Positions 53,290 through 63,968 of a stretch of DNA of 64,000 nucleotides are shown here, piece by piece. The notes under the pieces are model-generated. The model saw only the letters and a list, made by a program, of their open reading frames with translations. It had not been told where the DNA came from and searched no databases. Source of the DNA: Nitrospirota bacterium (GTDB lineage: Bacteria; Nitrospirota; Leptospirillia; Leptospirillales; Leptospirillaceae); the NCBI GenBank assembly GCA_021840555.1, contig JAKBXW010000002.1, forward strand, positions 17,900 to 81,899, given 5' to 3'. Within the stretch, counting starts at the first letter, position 1. Each line of letters opens with the position of its first letter. Made by a program: the position numbers and the translations under genes.

Positions 53290-54472
53290 ACCTCCGATCT
53301 GACCGGTGACCGAGCAGGCACAGCACCTCGTAGGGAATTGTTCCAGTCCAGCGCGCGATCTGGTCGACTGTCATGGATTCGGCATCCCTCGGATTGATGA
53401 TTTTCACCCACTCTCCGACCTTCGGCTCCCGCGGAAGACCGGTCAGGTCTACGGCCACCATGTCCATGCAGACCCTTCCGGCGAACGGTACCATCCTTCC
53501 GTCGATCACTCCCCATCCCCGACCCGAGAGTTCCCGGGACAACCCATCGGCGTAACCCATGCCCAGGATCCCGATCCGGCTATCCCTGGAGAGCACCTCC
53601 GTTCTTCCGTAGGAGACGGAATGGCCTTTGGGAAGCGTCCTGACCGAAAGAAGGCGCGCTTCGACAGTGAGAATAGGAGCGATCTCGCTCCAGCCGGTAT
53701 CCCCGGCGAGTGGAAGATGCCCGTAGAGTATGAGCCCGGGTCTGGCCCAGAAAGTCAGAGGGCGGCCGGAGGGATGGAGGGCCTCAAAAGAGACCAGTCC
53801 CTGCATTACGGCCCCGCTGTTGGCCATGTGTATCACCGAGAGGTCCGACAGGGAGGGATGGGAGAGAATCGGAAGGACGGTATTCCGGAAGAGTTCGAGA
53901 CAGGATTCGGTATCCTTCCGGTCTTCCGAGAGAGGAAAATGGGTCATGATCCCGGTTATTCTTGCATTGGAAATTCCGGAAAGGAGTCCAAGGATCTCTG
54001 GAATCTCTTCCGGCAGGAATCCGAGCCGCCCCATTCCGGAGTCTATTTTCAAATGAAGGTCCAGAATGCTATGGGGGGGAGAATCACCTTCGAGAAGACG
54101 CAATTGTTCGCGGTGATGAAGAACGGGGGTTAGACGTTCCTTGAAGCAGAGAGAAAGCTCCGGTCCGGAAAAGCCTCCCAGAAGAACGATCGTTCCGGTG
54201 AATCCACCCCTTCTCAGGGACAGGGCCTCGTCGGCCCCCATCACCGCCACGCGATCGATGCCCATGGAAGAAAGAGCCGTCATGACGGGAAGGAGCCCAT
54301 GGCCATATGCGTTGGCCTTGATGACCGGAAGAAGCCCCTCGTTTTTCCGGAGAGATTCTGCCACTTTCCGGACGTTTCGGGCAAACTGATCCAGATCAAC
54401 TGTGACACGGGTACGGCCCTCCGGAAACCCCGGCTCCGGCAGGGAATGCGAGATGGGGGCCCGATCTCTCAT
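53249..54472 (-). CDS. alr: alanine racemase
   Basis: 'LPVIKANAYGHG' (PLP lysine), 'SVSYG', 'GRVCMD'. Confidence 0.9.
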   Translation of the reverse strand: MRDRAPISHSLPEPGFPEGRTRVTVDLDQFARNVRKVAESLRKNEGLLPVIKANAYGHGLLPVMTALSSMGIDRVAVMGADEALSLRRGGFTGTIVLLGGFSGPELSLCFKERLTPVLHHREQLRLLEGDSPPHSILDLHLKIDSGMGRLGFLPEEIPEILGLLSGISNARITGIMTHFPLSEDRKDTESCLELFRNTVLPILSHPSLSDLSVIHMANSGAVMQGLVSFEALHPSGRPLTFWARPGLILYGHLPLAGDTGWSEIAPILTVEARLLSVRTLPKGHSVSYGRTEVLSRDSRIGILGMGYADGLSRELSGRGWGVIDGRMVPFAGRVCMDMVAVDLTGLPREPKVGEWVKIINPRDAESMTVDQIARWTGTIPYEVLCLLGHRSDRRFVGDAGRSLENSR

Positions 54473-54476
54473 AGTG

Positions 54477-55031
54477 TCAGGTCGTCAGGATTTCCTGCTC
54501 CTTCTTGCGAGCATGTTCGTCAACCTTGGAACCCGCTCCGTCGACAAGCTTCTGGACCTCCTCCTGAAGCCGCTTCACGCGGTCTTCCTGAATGAGCCCT
54601 TCCTTGTTTTTCTTCTTGATGTCCTCGTTGGCGTCCCGACGGATGTTGCGAAGGGAGACCTTTGCATCCTCGGCCATTTTTTTGAGAAGCCTGACCATTT
54701 CCTTTCGCCGTTCCTCCGTCATGGGGGGAACGACGATCCTGACGGCCTTACCATCGTTCTGGGGAGTAAGTCCCAGGTTGGCGGCCATGATCGCCTTCTC
54801 GATATCTCCGATAAGCTTGGATTCCCATGGCGTGATGGTGATCATCCGGTTGTCGACGATGTTGAGAGCCGCCACCTTGTCGAGCGATACCTGATTCCCG
54901 TAATAATCGACCCGGATGTGCTCGATCAGCGTCAGGGAAGGACGGCCCGTCCGAAGGGTCTGGATTTCCTTGCGGAAATGTTCCACTGCGTGATCCATTT
55001 TTTCTGCAAATCCCTTCAGTTCCGCATCCAT
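54477..55031 (-). CDS. frr: ribosome recycling factor
   Basis: 'LRTGRPSLTLIEHIRVDYYG', 'ITPWE', 'RNIRRDAN'. Confidence 0.95.
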   Translation of the reverse strand: MDAELKGFAEKMDHAVEHFRKEIQTLRTGRPSLTLIEHIRVDYYGNQVSLDKVAALNIVDNRMITITPWESKLIGDIEKAIMAANLGLTPQNDGKAVRIVVPPMTEERRKEMVRLLKKMAEDAKVSLRNIRRDANEDIKKKNKEGLIQEDRVKRLQEEVQKLVDGAGSKVDEHARKKEQEILTT

Positions 55032-55060
55032 CTCAGCCTCCCGCTGTGCGCCCTCTGGGC

Positions 55061-56364
<1,304 letters not shown>

Positions 56365-56460
56365 ATTGCTCCGTTCCTCCGTCTCTCTCCGTTCAGATCC
56401 TTCCATTACATCGCCGACGCAAAAAAAGCGGGAAGGAGACTCCCCTCCCGCTGCGCAACT

Positions 56461-57234
56461 CTATTTCTCTCCGGAATCCCCCCCCGAAAAAGCCTCCGCT
56501 AGTTCGGCATTGGCCGCAGATTGCTCGGCGGTCGTCTTGGCGGGAGAGCGTCGGGAAAGAGCTCCTTCGAGGACAGCATCGGCGATCCCTTCGGCCATGA
56601 GCCGGATGGAGCGGATTGCGTCATCATTGGCAGGAATCGGATAGTCGATCAGGTCGGGGTCGCAATTGGTATCGACCATGGCCACCACCGGAATTCCGAG
56701 CCGGTTCGCTTCATGGATGGCGATATGCTCCTTCTTGGGATCCACAACGAAGATGGCTCCGGGAAGCTGGCCCATGCCCCGGATTCCCGAAAGGGTCGAT
56801 CGCAGCTTGGACTCTTCCTTTTCGATCTGGGCCAGCTCCTTTTTTGGAAGTCGGGCCCACTGGTCGCTTTCCTTCAACGATTCGATCTTCTTCAGGCGCT
56901 CGACCGATTTCCGGATCGTCTGATGGTTGGTCAGCATGCCCCCAAGCCACCGGTGGGTGACATGGAACATCCCGCATCGGTCTGCCTCTTCCTGGATGAT
57001 GGACTGGGCCTGCTTCTTGGTCGCAATGAAGAGGACAGACCTTCCTTCGGCCACCAGGGTCTTGATAAAACGTGTTGCCTGGCGGTAGCGGCGGGTCGTC
57101 TGTTGAAGATCGATGATGTAGATTCCGTTGCGCTCTCCGTAGATGAACCGTTTCATCTTGGGATTCCACCGCTTCGTCTGGTGTCCGAAATGAACGCCGG
57201 CATCCAGAAGTTCCTTGATTGTAACATTGGCCAT
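56461..57234 (-). CDS. rpsB: 30S ribosomal protein S2
   Basis: '[19 protein letters not shown]', '[10 protein letters not shown]', 'WLGGMLTN'. GGGAGG RBS before 'MANVTIKEL'. Confidence 0.95.
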   Translation of the reverse strand: MANVTIKELLDAGVHFGHQTKRWNPKMKRFIYGERNGIYIIDLQQTTRRYRQATRFIKTLVAEGRSVLFIATKKQAQSIIQEEADRCGMFHVTHRWLGGMLTNHQTIRKSVERLKKIESLKESDQWARLPKKELAQIEKEESKLRSTLSGIRGMGQLPGAIFVVDPKKEHIAIHEANRLGIPVVAMVDTNCDPDLIDYPIPANDDAIRSIRLMAEGIADAVLEGALSRRSPAKTTAEQSAANAELAEAFSGGDSGEK

Positions 57235-57474
57235 TCGTGCCTCCCGATAATTGGGTTGTCCTTTGCGAACCATTCCCGCCGCAACGGATGGCGACATTGA
57301 TCTTCCGCGCGGACCCATGGGGTCTCCGGATTTTTCCGTGGTTCGCTGATTTTTTCTGATTGAGCGATCTTGGCCGACAGCCGGACTACCCTCAACGGAT
57401 ATTCGCAATTTCCCGTCGGAGTAAACCGGCAGAGAGGAATGAGGTCGCCACTCCTCCTCTGATAAAAGCGTCTA

Positions 57475-57503
57475 TTTATACCATAAAATAATTACGAATA
57501 CAA
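57475..57503 (-). promoter_or_regulatory. candidate sigma70 promoter for rpsB-tsf-pyrH-frr
   Basis: Minus strand TTGTAT-17 nt-TATAAA in an AT-rich island directly after the argJ stop. Implies a leader of about 230 nt. Confidence 0.4.
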
Positions 57504-57508
57504 ACTTC

Positions 57509-58726
57509 CTAGGTTCTTCCCTTGTATCCGGCATTGATCCGGACGTAGTCGAGGGAAAGATCGGTCGTCCAGTACTCGGCTTCCATCGATCCCAAACCCA
57601 GCATGACCCGAAGAGTGATCTCCTTCCCCTTCATCACTTCCAGGGCCTTTTCCTCCTGAAGCGGTCCAAGCCCCACCCCCTTGTGAACGAGCGCGACGGG
57701 CCCCATGAAAATATCGATCCTCTCCTCAAAAACCCTCACTCCGGAATTCCCGATCGCGACCATGATCCTTCCCCAGTTCACATCCTCCCCGAAGAATGCC
57801 GTCTTGACGAGAAGGGATCGGGAAATGGATTGGGCGACCTTGCGGGCATCTCCGCGGGACCTGGCACCCGATACCTGGATGCGGATGATCTTCGTGACAC
57901 CCTCTCCGTCTCGCACCAGCTGGTCTCGAAGGGATTCGCAAACGGACTGGACCAGCGCACAGAACGCCTCGAAATCGGAGGAATTTCTGGATATCCTGCC
58001 ATTGCCCGCTTGTCCGCTGGCCAGGATCAGGGCCGTGTCGTTCGTGCTTGTATCCCCATCGACGGTCAATGCATTGAAGGTCCTGTCTGAAGCCTGCCCC
58101 AGAGCGCTCCGAAGGGCGGCCTTTTCGACGCACGCATCTGTGGTGAGAAACACCAGCAAGGTCGCCATCTGCGGATGAATCATCCCAACCCCCTTGGCGA
58201 TCCCCCCCACCCTGACGGTGTGTCCATTGATCGTCGCTTCGGCCTGGGCGGACTTTGAGCGCGTGTCGGTTGTCATGATCGCCTGAGCGCAGGCCTCATT
58301 GCCAAAAGGATCGGTCCCGGCCACCAGATTGGGGAGCGATGAAAGGATCGCTTTCATGTTGAGGGGGCGGCCGATGACCCCCGTCGACGCCATAAGAATC
58401 TTCCGGGGATCACACCCGAGAATCCCCGAAAGCTTTTCGGAGATCTGGAGGGCGTCACGTTCGCCCTGCTCTCCATTGCAGGCATTGGCATTTCCGCTGT
58501 TGACAATGACAGCCCGAACCCCGGAGCCACGAACGCGCCGCTGGCTGATCCGGACAGCCGGTGCCTTGATTTGGTTCGTCGTGAAAACGCCGGCTGCAAC
58601 GCATTCCGATTCGCACAGGATCAACGCTAGATCCGGTTTCCCGTTTTTTTTGACACCGGAGAAGACCCCTCCTGCCGAAAATCCCTTAGGGAAGGTTATT
58701 CCTTCCGCCATTTTTTTTCTGGCCAT
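57509..58726 (-). CDS. argJ: bifunctional ornithine acetyltransferase / N-acetylglutamate synthase ArgJ
   Basis: 'GFSAGGV..G.KK', 'NSGNANACNG', self-cleavage region 'HPQMATLLVFLTTDA', C-terminal 'INAGYKGRT'. Confidence 0.9.
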   Translation of the reverse strand: MARKKMAEGITFPKGFSAGGVFSGVKKNGKPDLALILCESECVAAGVFTTNQIKAPAVRISQRRVRGSGVRAVIVNSGNANACNGEQGERDALQISEKLSGILGCDPRKILMASTGVIGRPLNMKAILSSLPNLVAGTDPFGNEACAQAIMTTDTRSKSAQAEATINGHTVRVGGIAKGVGMIHPQMATLLVFLTTDACVEKAALRSALGQASDRTFNALTVDGDTSTNDTALILASGQAGNGRISRNSSDFEAFCALVQSVCESLRDQLVRDGEGVTKIIRIQVSGARSRGDARKVAQSISRSLLVKTAFFGEDVNWGRIMVAIGNSGVRVFEERIDIFMGPVALVHKGVGLGPLQEEKALEVMKGKEITLRVMLGLGSMEAEYWTTDLSLDYVRINAGYKGRT

Positions 58727-58759
58727 GCCGTCTTTCCAATAAAGGTGAGCTGTCTGGAT

Positions 58760-59791
58760 CTAAGGGAAGAGAGCTCCCCGCGTCAATCCCTCCTGTTCGC
58801 CAAAACCGAAGATCCGGTTCATGGCCTGGATGGCCTGCCCTGCAGCCCCCCTGACCAGATTGTCGATCGCGGTGATGACGACGAGACGATTTTCCCGAAC
58901 TTTGGCATAGAGATGGACATTGTTTGTTCCCCGTACGCCCATCGTGTTCGGAGGGGAGGAAACCCTCCGGACAAACGGACTCTCCCGGTAACTTTCATCG
59001 ATGGTCCGGTCAATTTCTTCCTGGGAACACGGATGCTCCAAAACCATGTATATCGTCGAAAGAATTCCCCGGTTGAACGGCATCAGGTGGGGCACGAAGG
59101 TGACCTTGCCACCGTCCAGACACTGCTCCATCTCAGGGATATGCCTGTGGTCAAGAACTTTGTAGGCAAGAACACCTTCCGAGATTTCCGGGAAGTGGGT
59201 CTCGAGGGTCAGGGAACGTCCCGCTCCCGTGATTCCCGACTTCCCGTCCACGACGATCATGTCCCGCCGGATATGGCCGGCGCGAAGAAAGGGCAGGATC
59301 CCCATGAGAGCCCCGGTGGGGAAGCATCCCGGGCAGGCGACCAGTCGGGCCTTGTCGAGGGAATCTGCCGTCCACTCCGGGAGACCGTACACCGCCTGGG
59401 CAAGACCCTCGGGATATCCGTGTTCGAGCCCGTAGACACGGCGATACAGCTCGGGATCCTTCAGGCGATAGTCGGGGCCAAGATCAATGACGACCGTCCC
59501 TTGTTCGAGATAGCGGGGCACAAGGGCAAAACTCTGTCCCGCCGGAAGGGCGAAAAATACGACATCCACATCGGTCCAGAGCGGTACATCCGAAAGTTTT
59601 TCAAGGACCACGGGAGAGTCGAGGTGGGGAAACAGATCCCCAATTCTTGAACCCGCCTTGGATTCACCCGCAAGGCGTACCACACGCGTCGACCGGTGGG
59701 ACGCAAGAAGGCTCAATAATTCTGCTCCGGCATACCCCGAAGCCCCTGCAATTCCGACACGAATATCTTTTTTCCCTGGTCTATCCTGCAT
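58760..59791 (-). CDS. argC: N-acetyl-gamma-glutamyl-phosphate reductase
   Basis: 'VGIAGASGYAGAEL', 'ACPGCFPTG' (active-site Cys), 'DNLVRGAAGQAIQ'. Confidence 0.9.
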   Translation of the reverse strand: MQDRPGKKDIRVGIAGASGYAGAELLSLLASHRSTRVVRLAGESKAGSRIGDLFPHLDSPVVLEKLSDVPLWTDVDVVFFALPAGQSFALVPRYLEQGTVVIDLGPDYRLKDPELYRRVYGLEHGYPEGLAQAVYGLPEWTADSLDKARLVACPGCFPTGALMGILPFLRAGHIRRDMIVVDGKSGITGAGRSLTLETHFPEISEGVLAYKVLDHRHIPEMEQCLDGGKVTFVPHLMPFNRGILSTIYMVLEHPCSQEEIDRTIDESYRESPFVRRVSSPPNTMGVRGTNNVHLYAKVRENRLVVITAIDNLVRGAAGQAIQAMNRIFGFGEQEGLTRGALFP

Positions 59792-59810
59792 TTATCTCCA
59801 AAATCCGTAC

Positions 59811-59838
59811 AAAAAAAGGGGAGACCGAGGCCTCCCCT
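59811..59838 (-). terminator. intrinsic terminator downstream of rpsI
   Basis: Minus strand reads AGGGGAGgcctcggtCTCCCCTTTTTTT: a GC stem followed by a T7 run, 25 nt after the rpsI stop. Confidence 0.65.
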
Positions 59839-59862
59839 GAATAGTGGAACACACTCCCGATC

Positions 59863-60273
59863 CTACCGCTTTGAAAACTGGAAACGCTTTCTGGCGCCTT
59901 TCTGGCCGAATTTTTTACGCTCCTTGGCCCTGGCGTCACGCGTCAGAAATCCTTCCTTTTTGAGGGAGTCCCGGAACTCGGGATTGATCTCGAGAAGAGC
60001 GCGGGAAATTCCATGGCGAATCGCCTCCGCCTGTCCCGTCAACCCTCCTCCCGTCACCTTCGCAAAGACATCGAGCTTTCCGACCATATTGGTCAGCTCG
60101 ATCGGAGCCTTGACCTGTGTTGTCCAGAGCGTCCGGGGAAAATACTCTTCCAGAGGGCGGTCATTGACCTGAATAAGACCGGTTCCGACCTGAACCCTGA
60201 CACGTGCGATCGCTGTCTTGCGCTTCCCTGTTGCAGAACCCCGTCCGTCCTCGTTCGGTTCTCTCTCCATCAA
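59863..60273 (-). CDS. rpsI: 30S ribosomal protein S9
   Basis: '[10 protein letters not shown]', '[19 protein letters not shown]', C-terminal '[17 protein letters not shown]'. Confidence 0.95.
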   Translation of the reverse strand: MMEREPNEDGRGSATGKRKTAIARVRVQVGTGLIQVNDRPLEEYFPRTLWTTQVKAPIELTNMVGKLDVFAKVTGGGLTGQAEAIRHGISRALLEINPEFRDSLKKEGFLTRDARAKERKKFGQKGARKRFQFSKR

Positions 60274-60716
60274 CGACCTCCTAGCGCATAGACTTCAGGG
60301 TTCTGGGCCTGGTGGGGATGCGTGTCCTGCGCATAGACCTTGAGCCTGCTCATGAACTGGTTGGACAGCTTGTTTTTGGGGAGCATGCCCTTCACGGCAT
60401 GAATCACCAGATGTTCCGGATTTCGGCTTCGAACCTCTTTGGCTGTCGCCGATTTGAATCCACCCGGATATCCGCTGTGCCGGTAATACATTTTCTGTGT
60501 CCATTTTTTTCCGGTAAAGGCCACCTTTGCGGCGTTGATCACGATGACAAAGTCCCCGGCATCCTGATGGGGGGTGAAAAAAACCTTGTTTTTGCCTCTC
60601 AGAAGAAGCGCAACAGCGGTCGAGAGCCTTCCGACGGTCTGACCGTCGGCGTCCACGACATACCATTTCTTCTGCGAGAGCTCTTCAGCGGTTGCGATAC
60701 GCGTCATTTTTTCCAT
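60270..60716 (-). CDS. rplM: 50S ribosomal protein L13
   Basis: '[16 protein letters not shown]', '[10 protein letters not shown]', 'GMLPKN'. Confidence 0.95.
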   Translation of the reverse strand: MEKMTRIATAEELSQKKWYVVDADGQTVGRLSTAVALLLRGKNKVFFTPHQDAGDFVIVINAAKVAFTGKKWTQKMYYRHSGYPGGFKSATAKEVRSRNPEHLVIHAVKGMLPKNKLSNQFMSRLKVYAQDTHPHQAQNPEVYALGGR

Positions 60717-60748
60717 CGCCAGAAAATCTCCTTCGGCCCAGAGTTATC

Positions 60749-62632
60749 TCAGGAGGTCAACTGGACCATGACCGGCTTCACCTCATCGACCGACGAAGGC
60801 CTGATGGTTCTGATGCCAGCCATGGTTTCCTTGTACGCCTGATGCACCCTGTCCAGATCTTTTGTAAAAAACGCTCCTAGTTGAGCCAGTGAAGAGTAAA
60901 GGGAGCCGTCCTGTTTGTCGAGAACCAGGGAGACGGCTGTCGGAGCCGACTGCTTGTGCTGGTTTATCCATTGTTTCAGATTCTCGATCTTCTGGAAAAA
61001 CTCTTCTTCTCCCTGTCGTGCTCGCTCCATCACCGGCAACACGATACAGTCGACCTTTCCCCGAATCCGCGAAAGGGCTGCCGGATCCTCCTGCCCATCG
61101 GATGGTGATTCGGAAAAGGGGACCACTGAACTGCCAAGCCTTGCAAAAAATGCCACAAGGCCTGAACCCAGCTCCGAGTCAATAATGAATCTCGGAACTC
61201 CCACACGGTTCGTGCGTGGAATTTGGGAGGAAGACTCGCTCCCTTCCTCCGCTTTTTCAAAGACTGTCGACCGGAGTTCCTCCAGAAAGCTTTTGTTTTC
61301 CCGTCGCCAGTTCTTCAAAAGGTTTTTCGCGCCAAACTGGATCAGCGTCGAATAATAGTCCCGCCTCATGGCGCTTCGCGCGATGTTTTTCCAGGAATAG
61401 AAATCCTCCATTGCCGCGATCGCCGCCTCGTTCAGCTCGTAGGCCGTCATGTTCTTCGGACGATAAACCGTATGATGGCCGTCGTAGAGACTCCAGTCCT
61501 TGTATAGGAGCTCACGGTTTCCAGTCGCATAGAAATGATCGAAGTCCGGGGAACCCGGCAAGGGCGTAAGAATCATCAGCTGAATCGACTGAAGATTCCA
61601 TTCCTTTGCAAGGCGCGCCGTTTCGAAGATTGTCGCCTTGTCGTCGGTATCGGCTCCGACCACGAACATTCCGTGAATTCTTATCCCATGCTTGTTGAAT
61701 GCCTCAACCGAACGGACGATCTTCTCATAGGTCTGCCGTTTGTTGAAAAGATCGAGCGTCTGCGGATTGATCGACTCGAATCCGATAAAAACATTGAAAC
61801 AGTTGCTCGCCTTCATGAGCTCAAGGAGCTCCGGATCGAAGGCCGTCTCCGTCCTGATCTGGGCCCCCCATTCAGGAGTCAATCCCTCCTCGATCATTCT
61901 CTTGAGAAGGTCCTTCGTTCTTTTCCTGTTTGCCGTAAACAGGTCGTCGGCAAAAAAGACATATTTCGGGTTGTTGACCCGAATCTCCTCAATGACGCGT
62001 TCGATGGAGTGCATCCTGAAGCCATGCCCGTACATTCCCGGAACGGAACAGAAGGTGCAGGTAAAGGGGCATCCCCGGGAGGTTGCGATGGAAATCAACC
62101 CTCTCTTTTGAGTATTCCAGCCCTCCACAATCCCATAATCGGGAATGGGATTGGAGTCGAGATCTTCCTTGAGGGGCCGGTCGGGGTTATGGGTCTTGCG
62201 ATTGTTTTTCCAATAGGAAAGCCCGAGAATTTTTTCCATGTCACCACGACCATCCATGGCGTCCAGGAGCTCAAAAAGCGTTTCCTCGCCCTCGCCGCGC
62301 ACCACATAATCAGAATAGTCGAGGGCCTCGTCCGGAAGAAAGGACACATGAGTCCCCCCGATGATAACGGGAATTCCCGCCTCCCGTACGATTTCCGCGA
62401 GCCGGTAGGATTGGGGAGCCGTGGAGGTCAGGGTTGAAATTCCTACCACATCAGCAGAAAGCACTTCCTTCATGTCGACAGGCGCCACATCCTCAATATA
62501 AACCCGGACATCCCACCCCCTGTCCCTCAGCATGGTTCCGAGGAGAATGACTCCGAGTCTTGGAATGGTAAACGAACTATAAACATGGAGATGGGTCGAT
62601 TTCGGCTCGATTAGTACAAATTTCCTGGCCAT
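60749..62632 (-). CDS. B12-binding-domain radical SAM protein with a C-terminal extension of about 180 aa
   Basis: B12-like Rossmann 'VVGISTLTSTAP...PVIIGGTHVS' and cluster motif 'SRGCPFTCTFCSV'. Residues after about 445 match nothing I recognise. Confidence 0.85.
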   Translation of the reverse strand: MARKFVLIEPKSTHLHVYSSFTIPRLGVILLGTMLRDRGWDVRVYIEDVAPVDMKEVLSADVVGISTLTSTAPQSYRLAEIVREAGIPVIIGGTHVSFLPDEALDYSDYVVRGEGEETLFELLDAMDGRGDMEKILGLSYWKNNRKTHNPDRPLKEDLDSNPIPDYGIVEGWNTQKRGLISIATSRGCPFTCTFCSVPGMYGHGFRMHSIERVIEEIRVNNPKYVFFADDLFTANRKRTKDLLKRMIEEGLTPEWGAQIRTETAFDPELLELMKASNCFNVFIGFESINPQTLDLFNKRQTYEKIVRSVEAFNKHGIRIHGMFVVGADTDDKATIFETARLAKEWNLQSIQLMILTPLPGSPDFDHFYATGNRELLYKDWSLYDGHHTVYRPKNMTAYELNEAAIAAMEDFYSWKNIARSAMRRDYYSTLIQFGAKNLLKNWRRENKSFLEELRSTVFEKAEEGSESSSQIPRTNRVGVPRFIIDSELGSGLVAFFARLGSSVVPFSESPSDGQEDPAALSRIRGKVDCIVLPVMERARQGEEEFFQKIENLKQWINQHKQSAPTAVSLVLDKQDGSLYSSLAQLGAFFTKDLDRVHQAYKETMAGIRTIRPSSVDEVKPVMVQLTS

Positions 62633-62652
62633 TCACTGCTCCCTTCAGGGGA

Positions 62653-62677
62653 CCCCCCTGCGAAAAGCGCAAGGGGG
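62653..62677 (-). other. intercistronic GC-rich hairpin between the ferredoxin and rSAM genes
   Basis: Stem ccccctgcg / cgca-aggggg: 9 bp with a 1-nt bulge and a 5-nt loop. No T-run. It ends about 20 nt upstream of the GAAGGGAG RBS and ATG of the rSAM gene. Confidence 0.4.
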
Positions 62678-62686
62678 AAAACCCCG

Positions 62687-62941
62687 TTATCCGTTCGGAT
62701 GAATCCGGTCTTTCTTGGCAAGAAGCTGCTCTTTCGTTTCGACGTAGTTGGGATCAGGTATGCAGCATTCGTCAATGGGACAGACAGCGGCACACTGGGG
62801 TTCGTCATGAAACCCGATGCATTCCGTGCAGAGGTCCGGATCGATCACGTATATGGGATCCCCTTCGCTGATAGCGTCATTCGGACACTCCGGAAGGCAG
62901 GCTCCGCAGGAAATGCAGTTATCGGCAATCATAATAGACAT
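62687..62941 (-). CDS. 4Fe-4S dicluster ferredoxin (YfhL-like)
   Basis: 'CISCGACLPECP' and 'CTECIGFHDEPQCAAVCP'. 84 aa, AAGGAGG RBS. Confidence 0.85.
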   Translation of the reverse strand: MSIMIADNCISCGACLPECPNDAISEGDPIYVIDPDLCTECIGFHDEPQCAAVCPIDECCIPDPNYVETKEQLLAKKDRIHPNG

Positions 62942-63002
62942 CCAGGCCTCCTTGACCAGTTCTTTGCTTGAAAGAAAACAAGCCCCGGACCCGCGCCCGA
63001 GG

Positions 63003-63059
63003 CACTCTCCATTATCCGGGCCCTAAAAACAGGACCGCGCTCAAAAGCCACTCTCCATT
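63003..63059. repeat. two copies of an 11-nt direct repeat upstream of the ferredoxin gene
   Basis: CACTCTCCATT at 63003-63013 and 63049-63059 (13 of 14 identical with flanks), 46 nt apart. Confidence 0.6.
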
Positions 63060-63194
63060 GGAAAAGAGGCCGAGACTACTACAAGATCCTTATTCTATCG
63101 ACAACCCCATAGACAAATCAACTCACGCGTCCAGAATTCCACGCAGGCCTTCCGGATCTTCCGACTCTCAAAAATCTTGAACCATCATAAACCA

Positions 63195-63968
63195 TCATAT
63201 CAGAATTCCGAGATTGAGAAAGAGAAAACGGGAAAAGGCTTCTCCGAACAGAATCATGAGGAGGGCCACATAGAGAAGTCCCGTTGCGGCCTGTGTCGAA
63301 TGCATCCGCACCGTCCTGTAGGCGAGATAGGAGATCACCAGCCCCCCGACGACACCGACCAGAAGGCGGCCCCACAAGTACAGACCCTGGAATGATTCCA
63401 GGAGGAGTCCCTCGGAAAATCCGGGGTGCCCTCTCCAGTTCAGCACAGTCATGACTCCGGAAAGCAGGGCGGTCAGGCCGGCGCAACCCAGGAGGGCCCG
63501 GGAGAGGAAGGCCAACGGCTCGATGGGAAGGGTGGGATTTGTCAGGTAGAAGTGCCCCCAGTTCATGGCGAGGAGCACGGCCCCGAGAAGAAAGGCCGAG
63601 ACGAACATCGAGACGAGGAGGACCGTACCCGACGCGGACAGGGACAGGGAGGCATTGAGAAAGAGCGTGGCCGTCCCCGTTGCCCCCAGAAGCAGAATGG
63701 CAGACAGGTTCAGGAGAGGCCTCGAGAAGGAACGGGCGCGGTCCCATGCGATGAAATTGACGAGGACATTGTAAGCCAGGAGTCCTCCCGTCCCCAGCAT
63801 CATCAGATAGACCGTCAATTGATCCAGGCGGCCGGGATGAAACGCGGGGATCCTCATTCCGGACGGACCGAGTGCAAAAAGTGCCCCACCCGAAAAAAGA
63901 AGGAAAAGGAGACCATGCAGTCTGTAAAAGGACCGATTGACAGAAGGATAACGGTAGAGGAAGGTCAT
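63195..63968 (-). CDS. hypothetical polytopic membrane protein (about 8 TM)
   Basis: Continuous hydrophobic segments, GGAGGG upstream of 'MTFLYRYPS'. No family recognised; the upstream context is cut by the window end. Confidence 0.5.
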   Translation of the reverse strand: MTFLYRYPSVNRSFYRLHGLLFLLFSGGALFALGPSGMRIPAFHPGRLDQLTVYLMMLGTGGLLAYNVLVNFIAWDRARSFSRPLLNLSAILLLGATGTATLFLNASLSLSASGTVLLVSMFVSAFLLGAVLLAMNWGHFYLTNPTLPIEPLAFLSRALLGCAGLTALLSGVMTVLNWRGHPGFSEGLLLESFQGLYLWGRLLVGVVGGLVISYLAYRTVRMHSTQAATGLLYVALLMILFGEAFSRFLFLNLGILI

